A stretch of 53,057 nt of DNA, counting the filler, from Dirinaria sp. TL-2023a (taxonomy: Eukaryota), in NCBI GenBank assembly GCA_051941275.1. It is 3 parts of 3 records of this genome, joined end to end, with 100 filler letters (N's around TTAATTAATTAA, not from the genome) between each part and the next. Parts side by side here need not be neighbours in the genome. Positions count along the whole stretch, not along the records: positions 1 to 17,627 come from JAVEBF010000420.1; 2 more parts are not named here. One strand, written 5' to 3'. Made by a program: the position numbers and the translations under genes. The notes under the pieces are model-generated. The model made no database searches. It saw only the letters and a program-made list of their open reading frames with translations, and was not told the origin of the DNA. Every line of letters starts with the position of its first letter. The first letter of the stretch is position 1. This document shows, in pieces, positions 1-11,232 of the stretch.

Positions 1-25
1 CCCCAAGCCCTCCCGAATAGCAAGC

Positions 26-2305
26 TCACATCTTCTCTGCTGTAGCCATCAAGGAGCCTGATAAAAAAAACCTCCACGCAAATCGCGCGGTGGCGTGTCA
101 GTATAACGTCTTCACATACAGATATATATAAAAACAACAGAAAAAAGAAGAAGGGGGGGGAGGAGAAAGGGAGAGCCACTCACCGATAAAAGTAACCACC
201 AGCCTACTCCTGACCTGGCAGATATCCTCAGGCACAAGCCAGATCGTGGCGCCCATCTTGCGCGCGATGCTGATGGCCAACTTGGCATTCGCGTACGCGT
301 CCTCGTCCGTCTTGCCGGGGGTCACGAGCTCGTAATCGACATAGCTGCTCTTCATGCCGTTGAGGACATCGAGCAAAAACACCCCGGAGCCGATGGCCTG
401 GTCTTTGAAGCTGCGGATGGCGCTGCCGCGGCCGCCCTTGGCCGACTGGTCATTGGCCCACTTGATCATTTCCGGGTCGGAGATCTCGCGCTTGCCGAGG
501 CGGTGCGCGAGCGCCGACAGCGTCTCCGAGATGTCGCGGCGCATGAGCTGCCACACGAGACCCAGGGTGAGGGTGCGCTGGCCGTCGGTGATGTCGGCCC
601 CCTGCACGCCCACGAGCGAGAAGCGCATCTGCTTCCCCAGCTCGATGGCGTAGTTGGTGTTCTCGACCGCTTTGAAGCGCATCAGTTCGCCGCCCGACGC
701 CGGGGGTTTGTTGACGTGCCGCCAGTTGACGCTTCCCGGAATGACTTTGTCGTAGGCTTGCAGCAGGATTGTGCCGTCGCGGAGATCATCGAAGAGGGAG
801 TTGACGGCCGGTCGCACGTCGAGGGAATTAAGCCATAGGGTGAAGACGCGGGCTTCGCGCTCGCCTTCGGCGTCGAAGTCTTCGACTTGGGCCTTTTCTT
901 CTTCCGTGATGGGGTCTAGGCCGGGATGCGTGTTGAAAAGATTGGCGACGAAGGCGAGGTTCAGTTTCGGGTTGCCGGCCACGAGGGAGGTGGGGGAAAG
1001 GAACTTGCGGCATTCAAGCTTGTCGGCGTTGTCCAAGACTTGCTCGGCTCGCTGGAGGAGATCGCGGGTTTGCAGTGGCGAGCGGCTGCAGAGATCAGGT
1101 GCAAGTTGATTGAGGAGGACAGTGTAGTTCTCGCCGTCTTTGACATCGTGGGAGAAGTTTTCAACTCTGCTTCGATTAGTGCGGTACACGGATTACTGGA
1201 AGTCGGAGTCTACCTTCTATTCCACTTAGCGTTTTTCAGGTGATAGTTGAACCATCTCAGCAGTATTTGCTCTGGCGGTAATCGCAGGAATTGCTCCAGG
1301 GTCTCATCATCCTCCAAAAGTCTGTATAGCTCGGGATGCAGCTTGATATCAATCTTGCCTAGCAGGCCTCTCCGAATGATCTGCCATATCAGACCAAGGA
1401 TCAAATGTTCTCGCACTTCGATGATATCCCCACTTCCAATATTTACCACAGAGCAGCCGATACCTTTTGCAGAGTTAATGACGATGTTGTTGTTTTCCGT
1501 CATGTGGAATGCATTGAGCGACTTGATCTTCTTCCCCGGCCTGTTCAAAACACGCTCATCGATCGTATCTGGCACGCTGTCGTTGATGAGCTTTGCCAGC
1601 ACCAGACCGTCCTTGCATTCATCGAACATCTCAAAAGTATCGGTGGGGAAAGGCAGGCGGTTGCCGATATCTGGATCCCCGGCCAAGACCGCATTGATGT
1701 GTCTTGTGAATTCCGTTCGCTCGTCCTCGTTGATGGTGTGTGTGACATTGGCAGAGGAGCCTTGGACTTGTATTCTCCCGGACACACTTCCTTTAGATTG
1801 ATGACCGGGCGAAGGTGTGTCGTTGCTGTTGTTGGCGGCATCACTCATGCCACGGACCCTCCCAGTCGACATGCGCTTTTGCGCTGGCGATGACCCACGA
1901 ACTTTAGAGATGAGCTGTATGACCAACTTATCAGCCATCTACCTTGTCGAAGCAGTCTTGCCCACCATTTGCACATACATCGACATAGTCATCCAGCTCC
2001 ACCCGCCTCGAACTATCCAGCTCCACCTCCTTCAGCGCCTGCCTGACGACATCGTACGGCTGCCGCTCTGAGGCTTGCGTGGCTTTGATCACGGTGGCTT
2101 CGTCAATATAGCCTCTGTCTTCGACATCGAGTTTTCGGAAGGCATCTTGGAGGCTGAATATGTCGGCTTGCTGGAATTGAGGATATTTCCTGCAGCTGTG
2201 TCAGCCGTAGGCCCAACGACCCTTCTTTGCACCGCATTTATGGAAATGATTGAGCGCTCAAACTTAATCTTGGAGTTTTTACCTCTGTAGCTTAATGACG
2301 TTCAT
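26..2305 (-). CDS. SAC6: Fimbrin (EF-hand plus two actin-binding domains/4 CH domains), 5 exons
   Basis: Spliced reading MNVIKLQRKYPQFQQADIFSLQDAF...; CH motifs FDECKDGLVLAKLIN, LVAGNPKLNLAFVANLFN, ARKMGATIWLVPEDI; last exon GSLMATAEKM*. All four introns are GT-AG. Confidence 0.96.
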
Positions 2306-2734
2306 GGTGGTAGCTGGCGCGATTGTGAGAAGATTCTCACTTCCGCGCAAGAATGAAGGAGGGGTGCGGCGGAGCGGGGCAGCGGCGGCGGATGATGGAA
2401 ATTTTCAATTCAATTATAGACTGCTTTCACAATTATGGCGCGAGCATTGAATCTCGAAAGGATGATGCCTGAGATCGTGAAAAGTGGCTCAGCCACATTG
2501 GCCACCCTTCAGTGAAAGGCACGAGGGGCAACTACTTACTTACCTGAGGCCGCGCGGAATGAACGTGGTGGGGCTGTGAAGCACAATTCCTGCCTAAGGC
2601 AACACCGTTTCTTGACGAGAATAATTTACGCAATCATTGAAGGCTATTGAAGGTTATCTACAGTACATGTATACTGACTGTGCTTCTATGCCAAACCGAT
2701 CAGCGATGCATTTATGCCATTCTACTCCCAGCAA

Positions 2735-3820
2735 TCAGTAAAACGTGAACGGACACCCTTTCGCTGCCGAGTCACTATATGTCCTCTCTTTCACTACCTC
2801 TCTCGTCAGCTTCATCAACTGCTCTGCCAGGTCCGTGTTCTGTGATAGTGCGCTCCCCTTCTCAGGCACTGCTGGCGGGCAGATATATTGCCCACTCTTC
2901 GTCGTTGTCGTCGCTGCAAAAACAGTGCTAACAGCGCCCTGGAATTGGCTCTTCTGAAAGGGTTTCAGGCCGGCTGACATCGCATAGCCGCCTAATGGAA
3001 AGGGTTCATGGATGTGATCTGTCGTCATTCTGGTGTCCACAATCCCAGGATGCGTGGCATTCGCTAAGATATTAGGGTGGGCAGATGTAAGATGCCGATT
3101 CAGGTAGCGGGAGTAGAGAACATTGGCAAGCTTCGACCTCGAGTATTGAGCATTGGCACCAAGGTCTTGATTCAGTTCGTCCAGGGACTCGAATTTGGTA
3201 TCTGATGGTGAAGATTCGTGTAAGTTCGAAGCCTGGTTGCTAATGCGAACGGTGTTGCCCTGCGATGCGGTCTTCTTTAGTATCGGCAACAGATGGCTGG
3301 TCAAAACCACGTGACCAATGTGATTTACCGCCATCTACGCGAGGGAGTCAGCTGTGAACTCTGCCCATTGATAGCTCCTGCTTACGTGTCTGTCAACACC
3401 ATAGCTGGTGAGCTGGTAAGTCATAATTCCTCTCGCAGCGTTGTTGATCAGGATATCGATGCGGTCTGTACTGCTAGCAATCTTGTCGGCTACCTCCTTC
3501 ACTCCGTGCCAGTCAGACAGATCACATTGTAACCATGTGACCTTCTTCGCAACGTCCTCACCCATCTCCTCTTTGATAGCATTGGTGGCTCCGTCGACAA
3601 CCTCCTTCGACACCGAGAGGATGAAGAGCTTGCTGATGCCTTTGGATAACAGGGTATGGCTGACGCCATAGCCAATACCTTCGGAACCACCAGTAATAAC
3701 GGCAACCTTCCCGTCCAGGGAGGGGGTTTGCTCGAGTGCGAACTGCTGATCCTCGGAAACGAGCTTGTGGCTTTCATCGCTGCCCAAATTTTGAGCAATT
3801 GTTTGCTTTATTGTCTCCAT
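2735..3820 (-). CDS. Short-chain dehydrogenase/reductase (retinol dehydrogenase-like), 2 exons
   Basis: TGGSEGIG Rossmann motif, DILINNA, YSRSK catalytic YxxxK, HPGIVDT; GT-AG intron at ~3335-3385; start METIKQ at 3820. Confidence 0.92.
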
Positions 3821-4465
3821 GATTATTGGGGTTGATGTGTATGGCCTAAGACGGCAATATAAAACAGGACTTGGAATTTTTTTCTGAAAAAGATTGGTAG
3901 GAACAATAATCCGGGGTGCTCTTGAAAGACTTGGACGGAGAGAGAACAAGAGCTTCATGCCAAAATCCTCCAAATCAAGGGAGGGGAAACCCAATAATAA
4001 TGATGATGATGAGTGATGATGTATTTTGCGTCAAACCAATTACGATGGCTGTGATTGGTGCACCTGAAACTCGTCACAGCGTCATCGATCGCACAGGGCG
4101 CGGCTCCGACGTGCTTCTGACTTTCCCTAAGGACTAGGTCCTACCCGAAATATAAGTATGAGAGATCTTATATACATATAAGTAAGGTCTAAAAAAATGT
4201 CAGATTGTATGGACATAGAGCAGGAAGGCAGGAAAAGAACCGCAGCAACCAATTTCGCAGATTTTCTCACCTGGAATAGGCGAGAAAAGAAAGGTATGTA
4301 GTTGAAATAATCTGCAACAGCAAGTCTCAAAAGAGGTAGTGAAGGCGCTTCACCTGAATCACCTTGGAGACCCTTGGAGCTTGTGGCATGCATCGTATTG
4401 GTATTTTGAGCAGGCCAGACGCATGTTGGGACCCACGACCGAGCACTCAATGGGGCACAGACCAC

Positions 4466-5485
4466 TTATTGGAATTCTTGCTCCTTCTTTTCCAACCGAA
4501 TGGTCGTCAACGCTGAAATTAGCCTACACATCTGTGTCGCGTCTTGGCCTACCTCTTCCCACAAGCGGCCAACGTCGCTGCCGATACCACATTGTTCAGC
4601 CGTCTTGAGGCTACGCGGGTCAATGAACGGAGCGAGGGCCGGCCATACCGCCTGGGCAGTGTCGAAAAAGATGTCGGACCCCACGTTACCGATGCCTTTG
4701 ACGCCTTTGATCATATCGCGCACTTTCGACGGAGACGATTCCGCATGCTTAATCATATTGTTCAGGTCCCCGTCTAGATACATTGGTCAGTAAGCAGTCA
4801 AATCTAGGTTTCTAAGCCTAAAGTTTACATGGACCACGATGTGAAGCCTCTCAAAGAGAGAAGGAGGCAACAACGTACCGTATTGCTCAATTACGAAATC
4901 GGCCAATTCCCCTAAGGCTGTTGCGGTTTTCTCGCGATACCTCGTGTATCCACCTTTCGTCAGAACCTCAGTCCTGCTCTGCCAGCTACTGTTCTTCAAA
5001 GTATACACATCATGATACCCGGCTTCAATCAAACATTTGACGCTCTTGTATGCCAGATCATGGGAGATTCGTGCCGAAGTCAACATAGCATGAAAGACGA
5101 AGGCGAGAATGGTCTCCGGAGTCGCTTCAGAGGCTTGCTTGAGGCCAATGTCGGAAAGAGGCAGATTACCGTATTTGGACAGAATGGCTTGAACTTTAGC
5201 GACATCAGCCGATGGTTTTGCGTCACTTTCGTTCTCAGGTTCTTTGGTTTGTGTGCCAGAATCCGGATTTCCGTGCTTGGTCTTCTTTGTTGGCGGAGCG
5301 CTGGTGTCATCGTGCTCGACCGTCGAGGTGCCATTAGCCACGGACTCTCCATCGGTGTGACTCCGTTTCCGCGTAGCTTGGCCTCGATCCGACTTTGTCA
5401 CTGTCTCGCTCTTTAAGTCCTTCTTGGGGCCTTTTCGAGACCCCTTTTCTGCTACCCCATGATCTCGTGTCCTCGTTTGCACCAT
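4466..5485 (-). CDS. Uncharacterised HhH-GPD/DNA-glycosylase-fold protein with basic N-terminal extension, 2 exons
   Basis: Two ORFs are joined in frame by a GT-AG intron (~4774-4878). Motifs LTSARIS, GGYTRYREKT, helix-hairpin-helix IKGVKGIGNVGSDIFF and downstream PFID. Fold assignment is from motif recognition only. Confidence 0.7.
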
Positions 5486-6295
5486 TTTGAACCGTTGATG
5501 CAAATAGACTGCCGGTGCGACCTTGAATATATCAATCGAAGTCCTACCTCAGGCAAATCGAAGTGAATGAATTTAGGAGCCTCAGTCGCACGGCATCCGC
5601 ATACGTCATACCTAAGGCCGCGCCAGGGGCCAAAGCGCGATTATCCCATTAATGCCCAATTAAGAGCGAGCTGAGTTGCACCAATTGTGGTTCGAGACAG
5701 CCAGACAGAATTCAGCTACACGAATGTAGGCTACCCACTATAAACGCATTGCTGTTTTGTTGTCTGTTTTAGTGGGAGCTGAAGGAGTGGTTGAAAAATC
5801 GTCATTCAACATACTCTTGCAAAGAATGCACTGTTTAATCAAAGTCAGGTTTCTTGGTCCTCGCATCTGAAACCAAGAGATTTCGAGTAATGGTCAACTC
5901 GAAGCTGTACTGTAGACCACCGCAGTGCCGTAACACATTGAGGGGTGCCAGGCGTATCATGGCTCGAATAACAACTTCGAAGCGCGAGAGACGCGGCGCT
6001 TGTCGACAAATCTTCATTTATAGGGTTTCACTAGGGCTTGAAAGGAGAGTCCTCATTGTGAAGGGAAATGGATTGATCTTCGAGACTGATTTTCTAGAGG
6101 CAGACACCGACGAATGAAGCTGTTGAAGTTCTGATCTCAATTGCAGCAGTCGAGTAGACCATACAAATTAGAGGCCTTTATCACAGATTTCGAACTTTAC
6201 GCTTTGGACAAACGCTTGGTTCGCTGATCGCGTTCAATGTTCAAGTACCTCAGATAATGTTGGGTTCCCAGAAAATGGCTCGAAATGCGGCATTA

Positions 6296-7898
6296 TTACA
6301 ACAGATTTTCATGTTTCCACTTCCTTCCTCCCTCACCTTCGAAGTACTCGCCCGCGACCTGTCCCTCCCCTCTAATGCGGTACTTGTAGATCATCAAACC
6401 TTCTAGCCCCACGGGTCCTCGAGCGTGGATCTTGTTCGTGCTGATCCCCACTTCAGTTCCGAAGCCGAACCTCATTCCGTCAGCCATTCGTGTACTGGTA
6501 TTCCAGAAAACACAGGCACTATCTACGCGGTCGAGGAAGCGGTCGGCGACCTCCTCCGTAGAGGTGAGTATGGCGTCTGTATGATGCGACGAGTGGCTGT
6601 TAATGTGCGCGCTTGCCAGGTCAACCGCAGCGTTGGCAGAGGAAACTTTAGGAATTGTTTTGATTGCGAGGATGAGGTCGAGGAACTCGGTGCTGAAGTC
6701 AGATTCTGACGCGTCTTGTAAAATGGCGGCTTGTGCTTTAGGGAGGATTTTCTCAAGTGCCATCCTCGAAACTTTGTCGCAGCGAAGTGATACGCCCTTC
6801 TCTAATAGCGCTGAAGCGGCATTTGGCAGTAACGTTGTAAGAGCTGCTTCGTCAACAAGTAAGGTCTCAACTGAGTTACAAGCAGCGGTGTAGCCTAATT
6901 TGGCATCGAGAATGACTTTGACTGCCATTTCAGGGTCCGCATCTTTGTGCAAATAGATGCTGCAAAGCCCATCTGCGTGGCCTAGCACCGGAATGGTAGT
7001 TTTGCTTTTGACAGTGCGGACGAGGTCGTTGCTTCCTCGAGGGATAACGAGATCAATGTATTGGTCAAGAGTTAGCAGAGAACCGATATCCTGGCGAGAG
7101 ATCACAAGCTGAATTGATGCGTTGGGGACGGATGTCTGAGAGAGGGTTGCAGATATGACAGACGAGATGGCTTTGAAAGATTCGATTGACTCTTTGCCTC
7201 CTGTTGCGGTTTAGTCGATTTGACTGGAAGCTTGATGGATAGCTGACCCTTTAAAATGGCTGCGTTGCCGGATTTGATGGCTAAAGACGTGATATTTGCT
7301 ATGACCTCCGGTCGTGCTTCGAAGATGATAAGAAGTACCCCAATTGGGCACGTTCTTCTTTCCAGGATGAGACCATCGTCGAGCTTAGTTTTGAGAGTTA
7401 CTTTGCCAACTTCCGGGCACAGCGCCACAAGAAACGTGCACCACAGTGTAGAACTAAACTCGGCACAGCACCAAATCTAATATGTAAGGCAAAAAACGAG
7501 AATCATCTGATAGCCTCCACTGTGGTGCAGCGCTCCGCAGCTACCGTACCTCTAGTCAGTTATACCGCATGCGTCCAGTGCTTGCATACAAATTTACCTG
7601 GATCATCAAGCTCTTGGACATCGATTATTCCTTGAAGCATATCCTCAAATTTGCCCTTTCTCCCCAGATCCAGCCTTTTGATGATGGCTTGACTGAGCTC
7701 GCCGTTGGCGGCAGCTTGGGAGGCGGATACAAGATCCTTCCTATTTGCTTCTAAGATTGTGTCTTTAGCATGTAAAAGAGCTCGATGAATGGCTTTCAAT
7801 GCATCATTCCGATCTTTGGCAGAGAGAACTGCAAGATTGCGTGACGAGATTGATGCCGCCTTAGCGATTTCCAGCGGAGTGGAATCGGTTAACGACAT
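6296..7898 (-). CDS. PRO2: Gamma-glutamyl phosphate reductase (glutamate-5-semialdehyde dehydrogenase), 3 exons
   Basis: PIGVLLIIFEARP, KSGNAAILKGGKES, DLVIPRGS, catalytic ACNSVETLL, FGFGTEVGIST, HARGPVGLEGL; introns 7410-7597 and ~7201-7247. Confidence 0.96.
7416..7550 (-). other. Long intronic RNA hairpin between branch point and distal 3' splice site of PRO2 intron 1
   Basis: Perfect 12-bp inverted repeat TGCACCACAGTG (7437-7448) / CACTGTGGTGCA (7518-7529). On the transcribed strand it extends with G.U pairs to arms 7550-7511 and 7456-7416. Confidence 0.75.
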
Positions 7899-8196
7899 TG
7901 TGGAATTCGGACTATGCTATCTTTGGAGAGAATAGCTCATTCTTCTAATGAGAATCTGGTGCTCCATAAGTAGATGCTGCAGGAACGGGGCGAGGGGAAG
8001 TGAGAAAACCATGTAATCCCAGATCAACGGTCTCGGACCGGCAAGACCGGCTAAGGCTGATAGCACTAACCACATTCACGGATATATCTCGGCCTGAACC
8101 TCGGTCCACAAGTGACGAACTTGAGGATGCTTCATGTTCTTTTCATTGCTTCAAGAGTTTTGAGCCTTTAATGCTTGTTCTCTGTCTCGCAGCCAG

Positions 8197-9922
8197 ATGG
8201 ACGGCGTACTACCAAAGTTACTTTCATTTCCGCCCCATCCTCCTCCCCCCATCCCTCTTTCTGATGCCGATTATGATACCCAGATAAAAAGCGTGCTGCA
8301 GCTACTCAATGAGACTTCCGCCCGGAAACTCACTGCGGGTGTGTCTGGAAGTGGAGACCTGCTGGATGTAAGCCTTGGTACTATGCAATGGACCAATCTC
8401 TCTGTCTAACATCAGCTAGATCTTGGATCCATCAGTCAATACTCTGCCTTACCTCTATGCTCTGCTTGCCCACATAAACGGCGCATCCAGTGGGAAGCTC
8501 GCATTCGGATCCGCGAATACAGCTCTGCTGCCGGGCGGTCGGTTATGGGAGCCCATGTTGACTTTTATGGATCGCTTCGACCCCATTCAGATCAGGTACT
8601 CTGGACAGGAATTCAGAAACTTGATTGCGGCTGTTGAGAAAGCGGCACGCCTGGCCCAAATGGTGAATCACAGCCTCCCGCGACGGATAGAGGACCTCGT
8701 TGACTTGTTTTATGGCAGCCATCGATCGCTATACGGCCGATTCGATCAGCAATCCTACGCCTCGACCCTTCCGGTGCTTGTTTCACATCCATCCTCCTTA
8801 TCTTTGTTCGACTCTGTCTTGAGACCCGTGATTTTGAAGCTGCAAAACCCGTACTCGACAACGATATCTTCACCTTCCCCACCTCGTCAGATAAAGTGGC
8901 GTACAACTCGCTTCATCCGTACCCCTGTTCAACCCATGATTCTAGTTCGACGTTCATCACATATTTCTCAGGACTTACGGACAAGTTGTCGTACAAGGAC
9001 CATCTTCTATACTTCCTCTTAGGTGGCATGATTTACACCGGCTTGAAAGATTGGGACCGCGCTCTACACTTTTACGAGATAGCGATCATGGCCCCTATCA
9101 TTAACGCGCCAAGTATGATCCAAGTAGAGGCGTACAAGAAGCGTGTTCTTGTGGGAGTTCTCGCTGAAGGGCGCGTAAGTGTCCCAGTTCCAGACAGGGA
9201 ATAATGAACCCGACTAATAATGCTACTAGTTACTTCCCATGCCAAAGAATACCATCAACAACGCGAGCAAGTGCTACCGAGCGCTTGCTAGAGCTTATGA
9301 AGCTCTCGCCGAGGTCTTTCAGCAGTCTATCGCCAATGAGTCGGACGTGTCCGAAGTCCTGAAGGAAGCGCAAGCGGCTCACCAGATCTGGATTGACGTA
9401 GGTTTAAGTGCATGTCGATCCATTGCCAGATAACGCTAACGCGGTGTCAAGGATACCAACTTGGGGCTCGTCCAGCAGGTCTTAGCGGCCTTCCGCCGCT
9501 TCTCCATCCTTAGGCTTGGAAAGACCTACGCAGCCCTAAGGATTGCTGATGTCTTGAGGCAGACTAGAACAGCTCCTGCAGACTCTGCCGAGACCGCAGC
9601 ATACCTCAAGAGTCTCATTGCGTCTGGCCAGCTAAAGGCGAGCGTCACCGAGACTGGCAGCGACCCAGGTTTCTGGGTCTTGCGGTTCGCGGAAGAGATG
9701 GCGGAAGCTCCGTCTGAAACTCAGATATACGAGGATTTCACCAATGTACAGGGGCGACTGAAGAAACTTGCTGCCCATCTCAAAGAATCGGATCGCAAGC
9801 TCAGCCTCACCCGGGAATATTTGGACTGGGCCAAGAAGATGGAGAAGAGTGCGGCCGTCGGCGCTGGTGCGGATGCGGATGATCTCGCAGCTGCCGATGA
9901 AGATGTGATGATGGATACATAG
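8197..9922 (+). CDS. CSN3: COP9 signalosome subunit 3, 5 exons
   Basis: FDPIQIRYSG, HLLYFLLGGMIYTGLKDWDRAL, SMIQVEAYKK, LGLVQQVL...ILRLGKTY (PCI region); four GT-AG introns join the ORF pieces. Confidence 0.88.
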
Positions 9923-10510
9923 GCCCGAGGATTTGACCACATGGCCGTCTCAGGAGCATCGGGTAGTTGATGATTTGATTAAGTCTAAGCGAGCATGAGC
10001 GACGAAGTCCAAGATGAGCATAGCAATGGCGTTGACGAGGGAGGCAAGACGCTGCATGGACAAAAGCTACTACGTCAAAGTGTAGTCGAGAGTCTATAAA
10101 GGAGGCTCAGTAGTCTAGATATTTCGACATGTTCAGAACTACCTTAGAACTGTATAGCGTACTGCAGGGCTGTTCCAAGTACCTTAAAATAAGGTAATCT
10201 CGCCTCCATCTCCGAGTCCTCCTAGTTGCTACCTTACCTGAAGGTGCTCTTGTATGGTATAGTAATGTAAGGTATCCTAGGTACATGTACCTTAGGTAGG
10301 TCTCAAAAAGGGCGCTAACCCTGAGTTAAAGAATGCTGATTGGACATTGATCTCATCACGTGCTACGCCACTTGCCGTCATCGTCTATCACATGATCTTA
10401 CCTACCTCAACAACCTCCCCTCCACACACTACTAGATTTACCTCCCTTATTAATTGAACCTACAACAACCATCAACCGACTCACTATCACAGTCATACAA
10501 AGTTTGGAAC

Positions 10511-11232
10511 ATGGCTACAGCACTCAAAAGAACGCTCGCCACAGCGCCTCTCGCCGCTCATCGCGTCGCCTCCATCACCGCTCGCTCCTCAACCCTCTCC
10601 CCATTCTCCAAAGTTTTTGCGCCATCCAGCACCCCGTTACGCCGATCATATCATGAAAAGGTGCTCGACCACTACTCTTCCCCACGCAATGTGGGGTCGA
10701 TGAACAAGAACGACGGCGACGTGGGCACAGGTCTCGTCGGCGCACCCGCGTGTGGGGACGTGATGAAGCTCCAGATCAAAGTGGACAAAGACAGCAACAC
10801 CATCTCGGACGTGAAGTTCAAGACATTCGGATGCGGGAGCGCAATAGCCAGCAGCTCCTACCTGACCGAGTTGGTGCGCGGCATGACGTTGGAGGATGCA
10901 GGCAAGATCCGCAATACGGAGATTGCGAGGGAGCTGTGCTTGCCACCGGTAAAACGTGAGCTACTTACGTCTCTTTTGCGTCGCTTTCGGATGATTTTTA
11001 TTGGATGGGAAAGATAGGATCTCCTATGAAGGCGTGTTGGCTGACACCCTTGGATATTGTAGTGCACTGCTCGATGCTGGCTGAAGACGCCATCAAATCT
11101 GCTATCTCAAATTATTACACGAAAAACCCTAAAGCTGCTGCGACCGACCTCGGAGGAACGGCAGCATCGATGCCGAAGGTGGAAGTCGAGACCGTGGTAG
11201 AGACTCCGTCACAACAGCCTGCTATGGCTTGA
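10511..11232 (+). CDS. ISU1: Mitochondrial iron-sulfur cluster scaffold protein IscU/Isu1, 2 exons
   Basis: YHEKVLDHY, GAPACGDVMKLQI, FKTFGCGSAIASSS, LPPVK|LHCSMLAEDA across intron 10956-11062; basic Ser/Arg-rich presequence. Confidence 0.97.

Noticed and set aside
354..2290. Long + strand ORFs overlapping fimbrin (and similar antisense ORFs over DOA10, SPT8 and the 48.6-49.3 kb gene)
   Set aside because: Shadow ORFs caused by GC3-rich codon usage of the real gene on the other strand.
7410..7597. PRO2 intron 1 as two introns with a 2-nt micro-exon, a stwintron, a TPP riboswitch or a C/D snoRNA
   Set aside because: The AG micro-exon before the internal GTACGG shifts the frame, and the second intron would lack a branch site. 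Removing the inner intron does not rebuild a donor. No CUGAGA TPP core and no C/D box pair.
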